A stretch of 64,000 nt of DNA from Basidiobolus meristosporus CBS 931.73 (Eukaryota > Fungi > Basidiobolomycota), in contig MCFE01000118.1 in assembly GCA_002104905.1 (NCBI GenBank), positions 62,001-126,000 on the forward strand, in the 5' to 3' direction. The translations under genes were made by a program, and so were the position numbers. How positions within the stretch are numbered: the stretch's first letter is position 1; every line of letters begins with the position of its first letter. The notes beneath the pieces were generated by a model. It had not been told where the DNA came from. It did not search any database and saw nothing but the letters and a program-made list of their open reading frames with translations. This document shows, piece by piece, positions 1 through 11,142 of this stretch.

Positions 1-2222
1 CTGGGCAGTGGGTAAGGCTTAAATGACCAGGGTGTGTGGGGCACTGTATGAATCTTGATGGGTTTTTCAACCAATGTCTTTAAGAGTCCCATCTCCTTGT
101 CATTATATGAGAAAACCTTATCATGCCTTTTCAAGGTCTCCTTGAATAATAGTATCTCCTCTGGTGTTAGGTTTCCATCACCAATGATAAGTTGCTTAAG
201 TCTCTCAGGTGTAAGTTGTATATCATCTGGTGTTTCTTCTGGTGGTCTAATGTAATCAGCAGGTCAAGATCCATCAGTCAGTGGGGTAAGTCATGGTCTA
301 GTCTTCTGTTCTACTGTCTTGTATTTTGTTTGAACCATGGCTGTTTGCTCCTGTATACCTAATGAGCAGCTCCAAGTGTTGGGGTGTATACTGTCAGGCT
401 CTTCATCTTCTTCCATAACAAGATGTGCCTTCTGGCAAGCAGTATGTGTCCTCTTATTGTTGGGTGTTACACCACAGAAGGTTGACTGTAGTCCTGGATT
501 GGATCCTTGTATGGTGTACCATACTGACCCATCGGAATAGTTGGTAGTTGTAGCCTTAGTACTGGTTTCCCATGGTCTACCTAGCAGAAGGTCAAAGTTT
601 GCCTTCTGGCAGATGAAGAGGGGAAGCCAGACCTTGATTCCTTGTACCTCAATAGGAAACTTGTGTACTACACCATAGAGTGGACTAGATCCTGAGTTTG
701 CATTGGTCATGTTCCATCCAATATCTCTATCAACAGGCAGTAGCTCCTTGCTTTTAAGTGTCTTCCAGAAGTCTAGCGGCATAACACAAATCTCTGAGCC
801 ACTGTCAATATGGCAGTCAACAGGGTCATCATATATATACCCTTTCACCACAGCAGTTGCAACTGAGTAAAAGGTCTTATATTCAGTAGTGTTGTCATCC
901 TTTTGGTGGTCTTCATGGTTTGTCTGAATTATATGAGTGTCCATATGTTCAACAGCTTGTTGTCTTATTCTAAGCTGCTCATCAAAGGTCTTCCTAACAG
1001 ATGGGGATACACTCATGATTTCTCCAACCGACAAAGTGAGGTTCTGCTTCAGCAGCTTCTAAGTAATCAGTTAAGGGCTTGAGTAGCTTGCTATCTTTGA
1101 GGTCATCTGAAAGTGAGGCAATGGATCTTGGGTGGGCAGCATACTAGGCCTCTTGTCAATAACAACTTCAGGTTCTTCAAATCATGGTCTTCTAAGGATG
1201 GGTTTGGCAGGTTCTTCAGGGAGGTGTCTTTTGGTAGCAAAGGCATCAACTTCATATTGTCTGTTGTCAGGGCTGCTTGGATTCACTTTATAAGTCCCAA
1301 TAGGGGCATCAACAGTCATCTTTCTGGTTGCTGAGTCAGATATCTGGAAAAGGGCTCTCATCCCTCCTCTTTGGAAATTAGTGGGAATCCTTCTTCCTTC
1401 CTTGTCAGCAAGCATTCCATCAGCATCAAACTGTACTGCTCCTTCTCTGAGTAGCTGACTAAGCTCTGAGCATTCTTGTCTGGCATGCTGAGTAGAGTCA
1501 CACCAGATGCAGTGCCTTGGCAAAGGTCTTTGTCCCTCAGTAGCAACCTCAGCTGAGCCATTAATCTTGAGGGCTAGCTTCTGTAGCTGCTCAGCAAGTT
1601 GGTCAATTCTGTTGGTAGTGTAGGTCTGATTGTCAGCAGCAGCACTCCTTGGCTCCTTGGTTGACTGGTCTGGCAGATTAGATGTCAGGAGTCTCATAAA
1701 GGTAGAAGTTTGCTTTGCCTCTAGGAGAACACGTTTCATCTCTGTAAAGCAAGGAATGCCAGACTCGTCATCCTTGGCTGCATGTAAGTCAACTTTCCTT
1801 GCCAAGTCCTGGGGAAGCCCTTGTGCAAGGTAAAGTGTCATGGTAAACTCAGTTATAGCCTGGGACTCTAGGAGTGGCTTTGCCATATCTTCATACTGTT
1901 GAATGAACTCTTCAAGTGGTAGCTTGGAAAGTCCAGTTCCTCCAAAGTGCCTGAGGTCTTCAATTCCATAGTATATCTGGGGTCTACCATACTTGGTCTG
2001 TAGGTAGGTCTTCATTAAGGCCCAGTCAGTGAGAGTGTCTCCTTGTCTGAGAAGCTTAGTGGTAATATCATTGGTGCAGTAGTAGGGGGAGTCTCCAGCC
2101 ATTTCTTGTTCAGATAGGCTGCACATCTTGCAGAGCTTCTCCCATTTGAATATGAAGCTTTCCACATTCTTTCCATCAAACTGTGGGGCTCCATGTGAGA
2201 GTGGTTATGGCATAGAGTTCAT
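1..2222 (-). pseudogene. gag-pro-(pol) polyprotein pseudogene of gypsy D; single frame with six in-frame stops
   Basis: ORFs 1182-2165 and 291-1034 are in the same frame (offset 1131 nt = 377 codons). ATG at 2222. Stops read by eye: TAA ~2205, TGA 1182, TAA and TAG ~1060-1075, TGA 291, TGA 264. The region between gag and protease resembles the DUF4100-type fungal retroelement domain (recognised from motif, not searched). Confidence 0.88.
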
Positions 2223-2340
2223 TTTGGGCAGGTAGGTTGGTGTTGTGATCTTGGTAATATTGGTAGTCTCTTTTCAATAGGTGGATAACAGCTCAAATCT
2301 TCAGGTAAATCTTGTTGGGTCCTAGGGAGCTTGTATGAAC

Positions 2341-2358
2341 CCCCCATGTTGGGTGCCA
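2341..2358 (-). promoter_or_regulatory. Primer-binding site, tRNA-Lys(1,2) type, CpG-decayed
   Basis: Minus strand reads TGGCACCCAACATGGGGG a few nt after the LTR end. The canonical tRNA-Lys1,2 PBS is TGGCGCCCAACGTGGGGC; both internal differences are CG>CA. Confidence 0.8.
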
Positions 2359-2362
2359 AATA

Positions 2363-3433
2363 TGTGGTAGTGTATAGGTCCAAGGGAGAGATACGTCCAA
2401 CACTTCTCAAGTGTTTTGTGTGTGGGGTGTTCACTGGGTGCGATAACCTCTGGCAAAAGCTTGCTAGGAGTACTTGGGTTCTGTCTCTAATCTAATGTGA
2501 AGGGGAATAAAGCCACAAGCTTGTCAAGGGAAAACTATTGAGCTACAATCCCCAACTTAGTTGGCGTCTTAACAAAAGTATGTGCTGGGTTCAGCGTCCA
2601 TTGAGATGACAATGTACTAAAGCTTCCAAAGTCAAAACAACTGTAAACTCACCAGCAGGGACTTGATAAGAATGCAGCTGTGGTCAATAGTTACAAAGAC
2701 AGAAAAGTATCTTTGCCTGTACAAGAACAAACCTGGGAAAGAATCAAATACAATAAAAGATACCTACTCTGAGTATTCCTCACAAGTAGTGCCTCCAAGG
2801 TCAGTTGGCTGTCAGTGCGGTTTACTGGGAGTGTCCTGTGGTCTGGGGTTGGAAGTTCAGGTAGCAGCAGGTGGCAGTGATCACACTAATCAACAAGTCA
2901 GTATATTGATAAAAGGGATGATGATTTATTGTTGAGGGATAGCCTCCCTTATATACTTTTCTCACTGGCTAAGTGATTACTAATCATGGTGTTCCAGAAG
3001 GTATTGGATATCAATAGAAATCTTAATGACATCAGAATGACCTAGGAATGTTCTAAGTAGGTGCCGGAAGGTTCTAAGAGGCACAGCACATCCAACCAAT
3101 CAGGAATCAGTATTCTGAAACCTGTGTAACATGGGGATACCATATATGGTATGGAAATGGTAGGGATGGTGACACGGATTGATCATGTGTCACGGGTACT
3201 GGCCCCGGGTACTTGCCTAATATAGAAGCACTTGTAGCTAGTAATCTTACATAAAGTGTGGGGTAACTTATGCAATAAGGTAAGCAGGTGTGATAGTCAA
3301 CCGGCTTATGGGATAGTACTGATTGGGTAAGACAAATGGGATAAAACTAAAATGAGTGTAGTAGGGATATAGGGAAGTAGAAAATAAGGGAATGAGCATA
3401 TCTGTCAGTGGGTGTCACTGTCACCCCACTACA
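2363..3433 (-). repeat. 5' LTR of gypsy D (~1.07 kb)
   Basis: Minus strand starts TGTAGTGG (3433) and ends CACTACCACA (2363), directly before the PBS. A TATA-like AAGTATATAAGGG lies at ~2947-2959. The partner LTR is outside the window, so the outer boundary is unverified. Confidence 0.7.
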
Positions 3434-3895
3434 ACGGTGCAATCTGCAGTTGTAAAGAACAATCAGGCGCAATATTACAGCTACCAGTAGGCAGGATTGT
3501 TCTTGGACAATTTTGCACTATGTGGGATAATCTTGCACACTATGGCACAATCTGACACAATGAGGCTGGCACGGATAATTGTGCCAACTTGTAATGTTTG
3601 CATAATGAGCGCAATTGGACACCACTAATGTGGCAGGTAAAATCTGGTATTTGGATATGTTTCTTTAATGCAAATGGAAATAAATGTGTGTCACACTATA
3701 AACTACACTGATACTTCCCATTTTGGTTACCTTCACTCCAATTGGACGGTATCTCAGTAGTTAATTGGTCCAAAAGTATCCTGTAGCTGGCAGCCCCCAA
3801 TTGGCTCATTGACTACTAAACAAGTTACCTCATTTGCCATCAAATATCCCATTTTGCCTATTAAGCAAGTAAATCCCTGATCCTAGTGATTGGAC

Positions 3896-4244
3896 TGTTG
3901 TAAAAATTTGTATTTCCACCTAAATATTCACCTAAATTAGTCACTTAGATCATCACCTTCAAATCCTAGAGAATACTGACCAAAATCCTTGTTGGGATTT
4001 ACTTGTAATATTTTCACCAAAATACCAGGTACCCAGAACATGAAAATTCTCAAAGTTGTCCAAACAGCCCTAAACTTTGCACACATGTTCTTGGGACCTT
4101 CCTTAACCTATCCTACGTGTTTGTAATGCCAAGACCAGGTAAAAGTATATATACTACTTTTACATTAAATAAATCATTAAGTGAAAACCACATAATCTAC
4201 TTATCCTCCCAATCACTTCCAATATCTCCAAGACTCTTACAACA
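3896..4244 (+). repeat. 5' LTR, copia A (349 bp)
   Basis: Direct repeat of 8230-8525 + 9224-9276. Followed by the degenerate PBS 'tgtaatgagccc' (cf. GGTTATGAGCC in the copy at 52174-52184). Confidence 0.95.
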
Positions 4245-4275
4245 TGTAATGAGCCCCAAGCTGTCACTCTCTGCA

Positions 4276-7200
4276 ATGTCTACTACTGCTGTTACTGGAA
4301 TTTTTCCCTCTGCTGAAAAGTTGGATGGATCTAACTACCAAGTGTGCAAGGTGAAGATGAAGATGCTGCTACAAGAAAGAGGCCTTTGGGATATTGTCAT
4401 GGGAGAAGAATGCCTTCCAAAAAACGTGGGAGAGGAAGCCTTAAAGTACCAGAAGAAAGAACAAAGTGCCTTTAACTGCATTTGCCTTAATGTCAAGGAC
4501 AAATTGCTAATTCAATGCTCAAGAGCATAAATGGCAAAGAATGTCTGGAAAGCATTGAAAGACACCTATCAGTCATGTTCAGCTGCCAAGAAAATGTATC
4601 TGAGACAAAAAATCTTTACTACAAAGATGCTGCCAGGAGAAGAAATGAAAAATCTAATTAATAGAATTACCCTGCTGGTAGATGAGATGGAATCTGTGGG
4701 TGTACCAACTACTGATGAGGATGTGATAGTTACCATCCTGAATAGCCTGACAGACAAGTTTCAGGGCCTTGTATCAGCCCTAGAGTCCAGAACTGAAGAT
4801 TTGACCTTAAATTACGTATATGGAAGGCTTCCGGATGAAGAATTAAGAAAATCAAGTGCCAATAAGAAGGAAGAAGAAAATGCTTTAATAAGCAATGATA
4901 ACAAACAAAGGAGGTACCCAAGACCCTACAAAGGCAACAGCAACCTGTTTTGTAACTACTGCAAAAGGAAAGGACACACATCAGACCGGTGTCTCAAAAA
5001 GAAAGATAATCAGCAAAAGAAGCCTGAATATGGAAATGCTGCAACAGCTGAAGATAGACTACTCATATCTGCAATAAATATGACCACCAACAAGGATTCT
5101 CTGACTTGGTATATTGACTCTGGAGCATCTCAACACTTTACACACCAAAAAGAACTTTTTACCCAATATCAAGAAATTCCAATTAAGAAGGTTTTCATGG
5201 GTGACAATAGAACACTTGATGCAGTGGGAGAAGGAACTATCCAAGTAAACCTTAGAAGCAGTGAAGGAAGCTATACACTGACCTTTAAAGAAGTACTCTA
5301 TGTACCAGAAATAGCCAAGAACCTACTCTCTGTAAGCAAGGCCACAGCAGAAGGACTCAGTTTCAGCTTTGACAATTCTGGATGCAGGATCACTGATCAA
5401 AATGGTGCCCATATTGCTCCGGGCATCAGAGATCAAAGTCTATACAAGTTGACTTATATTCCATCATATCTGGAAGCCAATATAAGGAACTTATATGAAG
5501 AAACATCAATGCTTTGGCACAGGAGATTTGGGCACAACAATTTTGATTATTTGCGTAAAATGATCAAAGATCAGCTAATTTCTGGAGTAAAAATTGATCC
5601 CCTTGCTAGTTTGGAGCACTGTGAAGCCTGCATATATGGGAAACAAGCCAGACAACTGTTCAAGAGCTCTGGGTTAACCAAAACTAAGAAAAAATTTGAT
5701 CTAATTCACCCAGATCTGTGTGGACCTATGCAAAATTTATCCTTAGGTGGGATGAAGTATTTAATCACTTTTATTGATGATTATACAAGATACACATGGG
5801 TCTACTTCATGGAGAGAAAGGAAGAAGCTCTGTCTAAGTTCAGGGAGTTTAAAGCTATGGTGGAGAGAGAAACTGGTAAAAAAAAATCAAGAAAATACGC
5901 TCTGACAATGGTGGAGAATATACCTCAAAACTCTTCATCCACTTCTGCAAAGATCATGGGACAAAGCAAGAGACTACTGTACCATACTCCCCACAGCAAA
6001 ATTGAGTAGCAGAACAAGCTAACACATCAATAATTGATATGGCAAGATCTATGATCCATGATCAAAAATTGTCCTATGATTTTTGGGCGGAATCAGTTGC
6101 CACTGCTGTATACCTTAAAAATAGGAGTTATAACAGAATACTTCGTGATTCTACTCCATTTGAAGTATGGTATGGATACAGACCAAGTGCAGAACATCTA
6201 AGAATATTTGGGTGAGCAGCATATGCCAAAAAACTGGCCGGAAATCAGTCAAAATTTGAGCCAAAAGTGTAAAATGCATATTTTTGGGCTACTGCAATGA
6301 GAGTAAGGCATACAGACTCTACAATACCAAAGCAAAGAAGCTTATCAAGTCCATGGACGTGTTGTTTGATGAAAATTCAAAATTTTTACAAAAAATGACA
6401 TCAGATGATGACAAAAATTTGATCTCAAGTCCACCAATTGTCAGGATTGAATCAGAGCAAAACAGTGAGAATTTTCTCACTCCAGAGGACTCTACAACCG
6501 TGGTTCAGCCAGAATCAGTGCCCAGGAATATCTCAGAAGTGATCATTCCAGTATCAAATGCCTGGAGATCCAATTGGACAAGAAATGGCCCAAATAACTA
6601 TATTAATGAAGGTACAAACTTAGCCTATGCCTATTCAGTCAATATTGATGAGCCCCAGACTGTAAAAGAGGCCCTAAATAGCCCTCAGACAAAGTTTTGG
6701 AGATCTGCAATGACTGAGGAATATCAGGCACTGATGGAAAATCAAACTTGGGACTTAGTCAAATTACCAATCAACCAAAAATCAATTGGATGCAGATGGG
6801 TCTTCAAGACAAAATACAAGGCTGATGGTACAATGAACGATACAAAGCAAGACTTGTAGCCAAAGGATACTCTCAAACAAAAGGACTGGACTATACTGAG
6901 ACCTTTGCACCGGTAGCAAAGTTTAATTCCATCAGATTAATATTGGCTATTGCAGCCAAATATAAGTTTTTTATTCATCAAATGGATGTAAAAGCTGCAT
7001 TTTTGAATGGAGAACTTGATGAGGATGTGTATATGGACCAGCCTGATGGGTTTATTGACCAAGATAACCCCCATTTGGTCTGGAGGCTTAAAAAGTCACT
7101 ATATGGTCTCAAACAATCACCAAGAGCCTGGAATTGCAAGATAGATTCTTATTTGGAATCTTTGAGTTTCAAAAGAAGTAATGCTGACTATAGTGTATAC

Positions 7201-8257
7201 TATAAGCCAGATAGAGCAAATCCAGTTCTATTAGCTTTATGTGGATGATCATATTATAGCCACCAATAATCTAGAAACATTGGAAGAGACTAAATCCAGC
7301 CTATCTAAGGAGTTCAAGATGTCCAATCTAGGAGGACTTAGTTACTACTTAGGGATTAAGTTCTCCATAGACAGAAGTACCCAGACTATCACCCTAAGTC
7401 AATCCAAGTATATTCAAGATATACTAAGGAAGTACAAAATAGAAGACTGTAAACCGGCAGCTACCCCAATGGAGACAAACCTTAACTTGGTCAAAACTCA
7501 ACCAAATCAAGAGAGCTTGGTGCCATCTGAAAGCCCTGACTTTCCTTATCAATCTATGGTCGGCAGTTTGATGTATATCATGTGTGGAACATGTCCAGAT
7601 ATCTCATATTCAGTGGGAGTTGTCAGCCAACATAAGCAGAACTATGGATCTGATCATATTGCAGCAGTTAAGCAGATTTTTAGATACCTAAAAGGAACTG
7701 CTGATATCTGCTTAAGATACATTTATAAGGATTCAGAACAGGATCTTGTGGGATACTCTGATGCTGATTGGGGACAAAATTTGGAAGACAGAAGATCCAC
7801 CACAGGATACACCTTTCTTTACTGTAAAGGAGCAATTTCATGGAATTCAAGAAAGCAACCAACCATAGCACTTTCTACCACAGAGGCAGAGTACATGGCG
7901 GTTTGGGAAGCTACAAAAGAAGCAATGTGGCTAAGGAAGCTGTTTACAGATCTAGGCCTATGTCAAAAAACGCCTATTACTTTATTTCAAGATAATCAAG
8001 GATGTATACAATTAGGTAGAAATCCAACTTTTCATGCTAGAACCAAGCACATAGATATTAGACATCATTTCATACGTGAAGCTATAGAGAATAACTTTGT
8101 TAGCGTAATTTACTGTCCTACAGATGAAATGATTGCAGACATATTTACCAAACCATTAGCTAGAGACAAGTTTGAATATCTTAGGTCAAAATTAGGACTA
8201 GTCAGTATGAACATTGAGCTGAGTGGGAGTGTTGTAAAAATTTGTATTTCCACCTAA
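4276..8257 (+). pseudogene. copia A gag-pol pseudogene (gag, zinc knuckle, protease, integrase, RT, RNase H)
   Basis: Motifs: 'LDGSNYQVCK', CCHC 'CNYCKRKGHTSDRC', PR 'WYIDSGASQH', 'LWHRRFGH...CEACIYGK', IN 'DLCGPM...FIDDYTR', RT 'HQMDVKAAFLNG...KSLYGLKQSPRAWN', RNase H 'GYSDADWG...RTKHIDIRHHFIRE...ADIFTKPL'. The order PR-IN-RT-RH defines copia. It carries a stop at 4528 and several frameshifts. Confidence 0.96.
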
Positions 8258-8525
8258 ATATTCACCTAACTTAGTCACTTAGATCATCACCTTCAAATCC
8301 TAGAGAATACTGACCAAATTCCTTGTTGGGATTTACTTGTAATATTTTCACCAAAATACCAGGTACCCAGAACATGAAAATTCTCAAAGTTGTTCAAACA
8401 GCCCCAAACTTTGCACACATGTTCTTGGGACCTTCCTTAACCTATCCTATGTGTTTGTAATGCCAAGCCTAGGTAAAAGTGTATATACTACTTTAACATT
8501 CAATAAATCATTAAGTGAAAACCAC

Positions 8526-9218
8526 TGTTGTGCATCAACATTTAAAACTTAGCCAATTTTACTCCGTTTGAAAATCTAGTACCCTAACTGATTTTCCCTA
8601 ACCCAAACATAACAAATCCCAGTTACAGTTTATTTTATCCCACCTCAGAATCTACTTTTAGCTATCACACCTGATCTATTTTTAAATGGTCATTACATTA
8701 TCAACATATCTGCCAAGCCTTCCCAGGTGATTAGTCATCGGAGATCTATCCAACCATGGTGCAGTTGCCAAGACATCAGTTGATTGATGATGTAATTTTC
8801 ATTTATCTTATGCACCTATGAACACCCAAATTGATTTCAATCAATCCAGTCCCTTGGTGCTTACTAATTCAACTTGATCAGAAAAGTATAAATAAAGTTT
8901 ACTGAACCTTTTGGTTTAGTGTGTGTCTCAACGAAATTAAGATTCTGACTCAGCAAAAATAAAGAATCCAACAATTCCGTTCTAGTTTCTATCCCAGCCT
9001 AGTATATCTAGCACTCCAAAGAACACCAAGCCTAGCCTGCCTAGCAAACAAATATCATTTATAGCCAACTCAGCTTTATCCAAGACCAATATTAGATCAG
9101 AATCTTTCTGCTAATATTTCCGCCACTCTCTGACAATTCTAAGATTCTGCACTTAATTGTCCCTTTGGTTCAGTTAAACCATTCAAGAGTTTTATTACAC
9201 TTTCTCTTGGATACAACA
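8526..9218 (+). mobile_element. Orphan solo LTR 'Y' (693 bp) inserted in the copia A 3' LTR, 5-bp TSD ACCAC
   Basis: Starts TGTTG and ends CAACA. ACCAC at 8521-8525 and 9219-9223. Removing it restores a match to the 5' LTR. TATAAATA at ~8887. Confidence 0.92.
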
Positions 9219-9531
9219 ACCACAAAATCCACTTGTCCTCCCAATCACTTCCAATATCTCCAAGACTCTTACAACATGGACAAGGTGTCATAGTTAGCAT
9301 GCAAGCAATTGGGTAAGTGCAAAACAGATCCAATAGCTGCACTGGTATAACAGATGATGTATATATATGCAGGGAGTTTATTTATGGGGGTTCTGTCCCA
9401 AATGTGAGACAACCTTGATATTCCTTATATCAAAAATTTAATGATCACTGATTTGGAATGGCTCAATTTGGATTGCAAAAAAAACGGGTTGTTGGAATCA
9501 TTACAAATAATAGCAATTCAAAGCAATCGCA

Positions 9532-10635
9532 TCATCTTCTCCTGGGTTTTTTTCTCACAGGGATTACTACTGAAGCATTTGGTAGTGACTCACTTTGCAC
9601 ACCTAAACTACTTCCTGGCTGACTATCATCTTGGCTACTTGTGTATTTGTAGTCAGTATTTTGCCTCCTAGTTGATGAGTGCAATGCTGCAGCTTGGCCG
9701 CACTGAATTGCTCCAACTAAACCAACTGAACTGGCCTGGAATGCCACGTGCTGATGCGTTCTTTTACTTGACAAGGGCTCTGGTGGTTGAGGCACTTCAT
9801 GTTGGTCATCATCAGTCAGTTCACCAGAATTAACTTGCTGATGGTCAGGCAAAACAGCACGCGCAGGTGCAACTTGACGCATTGAGATGGCCCTTGTCTG
9901 AGTTTGATGTGATGCTGCATGTTGACGCAACTTGGTCTGCTCCAATGGACTTGTGTCTAAATGAGCAGTTTGGCAGGTTCTGGTAATTTTGCAATCTGGA
10001 CAATGTTGCTTACGGTCTGTATTTTTCCTCCTGAAGCTCACCATCTGATTCCTCAAGGTATTCACTTACCCTCTGTCTGATACTTTGGAGCTGTTGCCTG
10101 GATGAGTCCTGTGTATATTGCTCTTGGAAGCCACTTAGCTCTACTAATATATCACATAGTACACTAGTCATTTGAGGCAAAAACTCATTCAAAATCTTTT
10201 TGGTTCCCAAAGTTGAGGCACAAACAGACGCATCCGGCCTGTACTGTGCAAATTGCATGAAAAATTTTTCCTGCGCGGCTTCTTCATCAAATCCCCTCAC
10301 TCTCAGCTCATTCTTGATTTCAATACTTGTCTTGTTATATATCTTCTTACATACATTGGCTGGCATCTTAATGTAGAACTCATGCCACATCTTTCTACTC
10401 AAAATCTCCCATCTTTGTCAACTCTCTGAGGTATCTAGCTCTGCTAGATTAATCAGTAGGGCCAAAATATCTGTATGAAGGCTCATCATAGACACTTGGG
10501 TCATGCAAAATTATTTGGCAAGAACTCCAACAGATCCAACATCAACTTTTCCGGTCCAGATTGCGCTTGTGAGCTGGGGGATGGGTTTTGTCTAGTTTGT
10601 ACTAAAGATGAGTTGATACTTGGTATGGGGACCAT
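9532..10635 (-). pseudogene. PHIS accessory ORF2, copy 1 (frameshifted, internal deletion)
   Basis: ORFs 10010-10402 and 9532-10065 match the 386-aa ORF at 54595-55755. Copy 1 has CAA>TAA at 10010, a 1-nt loss upstream of 10402, and lacks a ~150-bp segment present in copy 2. Confidence 0.85.
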
Positions 10636-10893
10636 GGCAACGGATTTGGATACTTATACAGCAGTATATTGGCATCAATCTGGTCTTATATGAAATATAT
10701 ATGAAAACTAAAGTGATAGTTGAATTTTCAATACGTTATGCTTGATGTACTAAAGATGAGTTGAGGCTTGGTATGGGGACCATAGCAACAGATTTAGATA
10801 CTTATACAGCAGTATATTGGCATCAACCTGGTCTTATATGAAATATAAATGAAAACTAATGTGATTGTTAAATTTTTCATATATTATGCATGA
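10598..10893. repeat. 148-bp tandem duplication spanning the ORF2 start and intergenic region of PHIS copy 1
   Basis: 'tgtactaaagatgagttg...cttggtatggggaccat...' occurs at 10598 and again at 10746; it is single in copies 2 and 3. Confidence 0.9.
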
Positions 10894-11142
10894 TGCATCT
10901 TGGATCACATTGACATGGATCAGAACACATCAATTGCAGATCTCCTATTTGATTATAGACTTATGAGTAAAGCATCAATAAAAGTACCAAGGCATTGTTT
11001 GCGGATGATTTTTGCAACATAATGATGGGATACATGGCAATTGATGGAGATTTAGTCATAATGCATTAAAAATCAGATAAATAACACAAATTGTGCCAAA
11101 TCATTTCAAACTTCTTCTGTACAATCATCCACCAATTTTAAT

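Larger units (their letters stand above)
1..3433 (-). mobile_element. Ty3/gypsy LTR retrotransposon family D, 5' part (5' LTR, PBS, gag-pro, start of RT); continues left of the window
   Basis: Minus-strand order is LTR (2363-3433), PBS (2341-2358), gag 'GAPQFDGKNVESF', CxxC-x4-H-x4-C motif 'CIWCDSTQHARQEC', aspartic protease 'CHIDSGSEICVM', then RT-proximal 'HTPWSFKPYPLP'. Confidence 0.9.
3896..9276 (+). mobile_element. Ty1/copia family A, near full-length copy with 5-bp TSD TGGAC
   Basis: 5' LTR 3896-4244 (TGTTG...CAACA). 3' LTR 8230-9276, split by a solo LTR. TGGAC at 3891-3895 and 9277-9281. PPT GAGTGGGAG precedes 8230. About 13 differences in 349 bp between the LTRs (~96%). The empty site with a single TGGAC is visible at 57338-57342 (minus). 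Confidence 0.96.

Noticed and set aside
9532-9560. C-terminal NLS 'RKKPRRR' of PHIS ORF2
   Set aside because: It depends on a 7-A run; copy 2 has 6 A (~57067) and reads RKNPGEDDAIALNHSHL, so the true C-terminus is undetermined.
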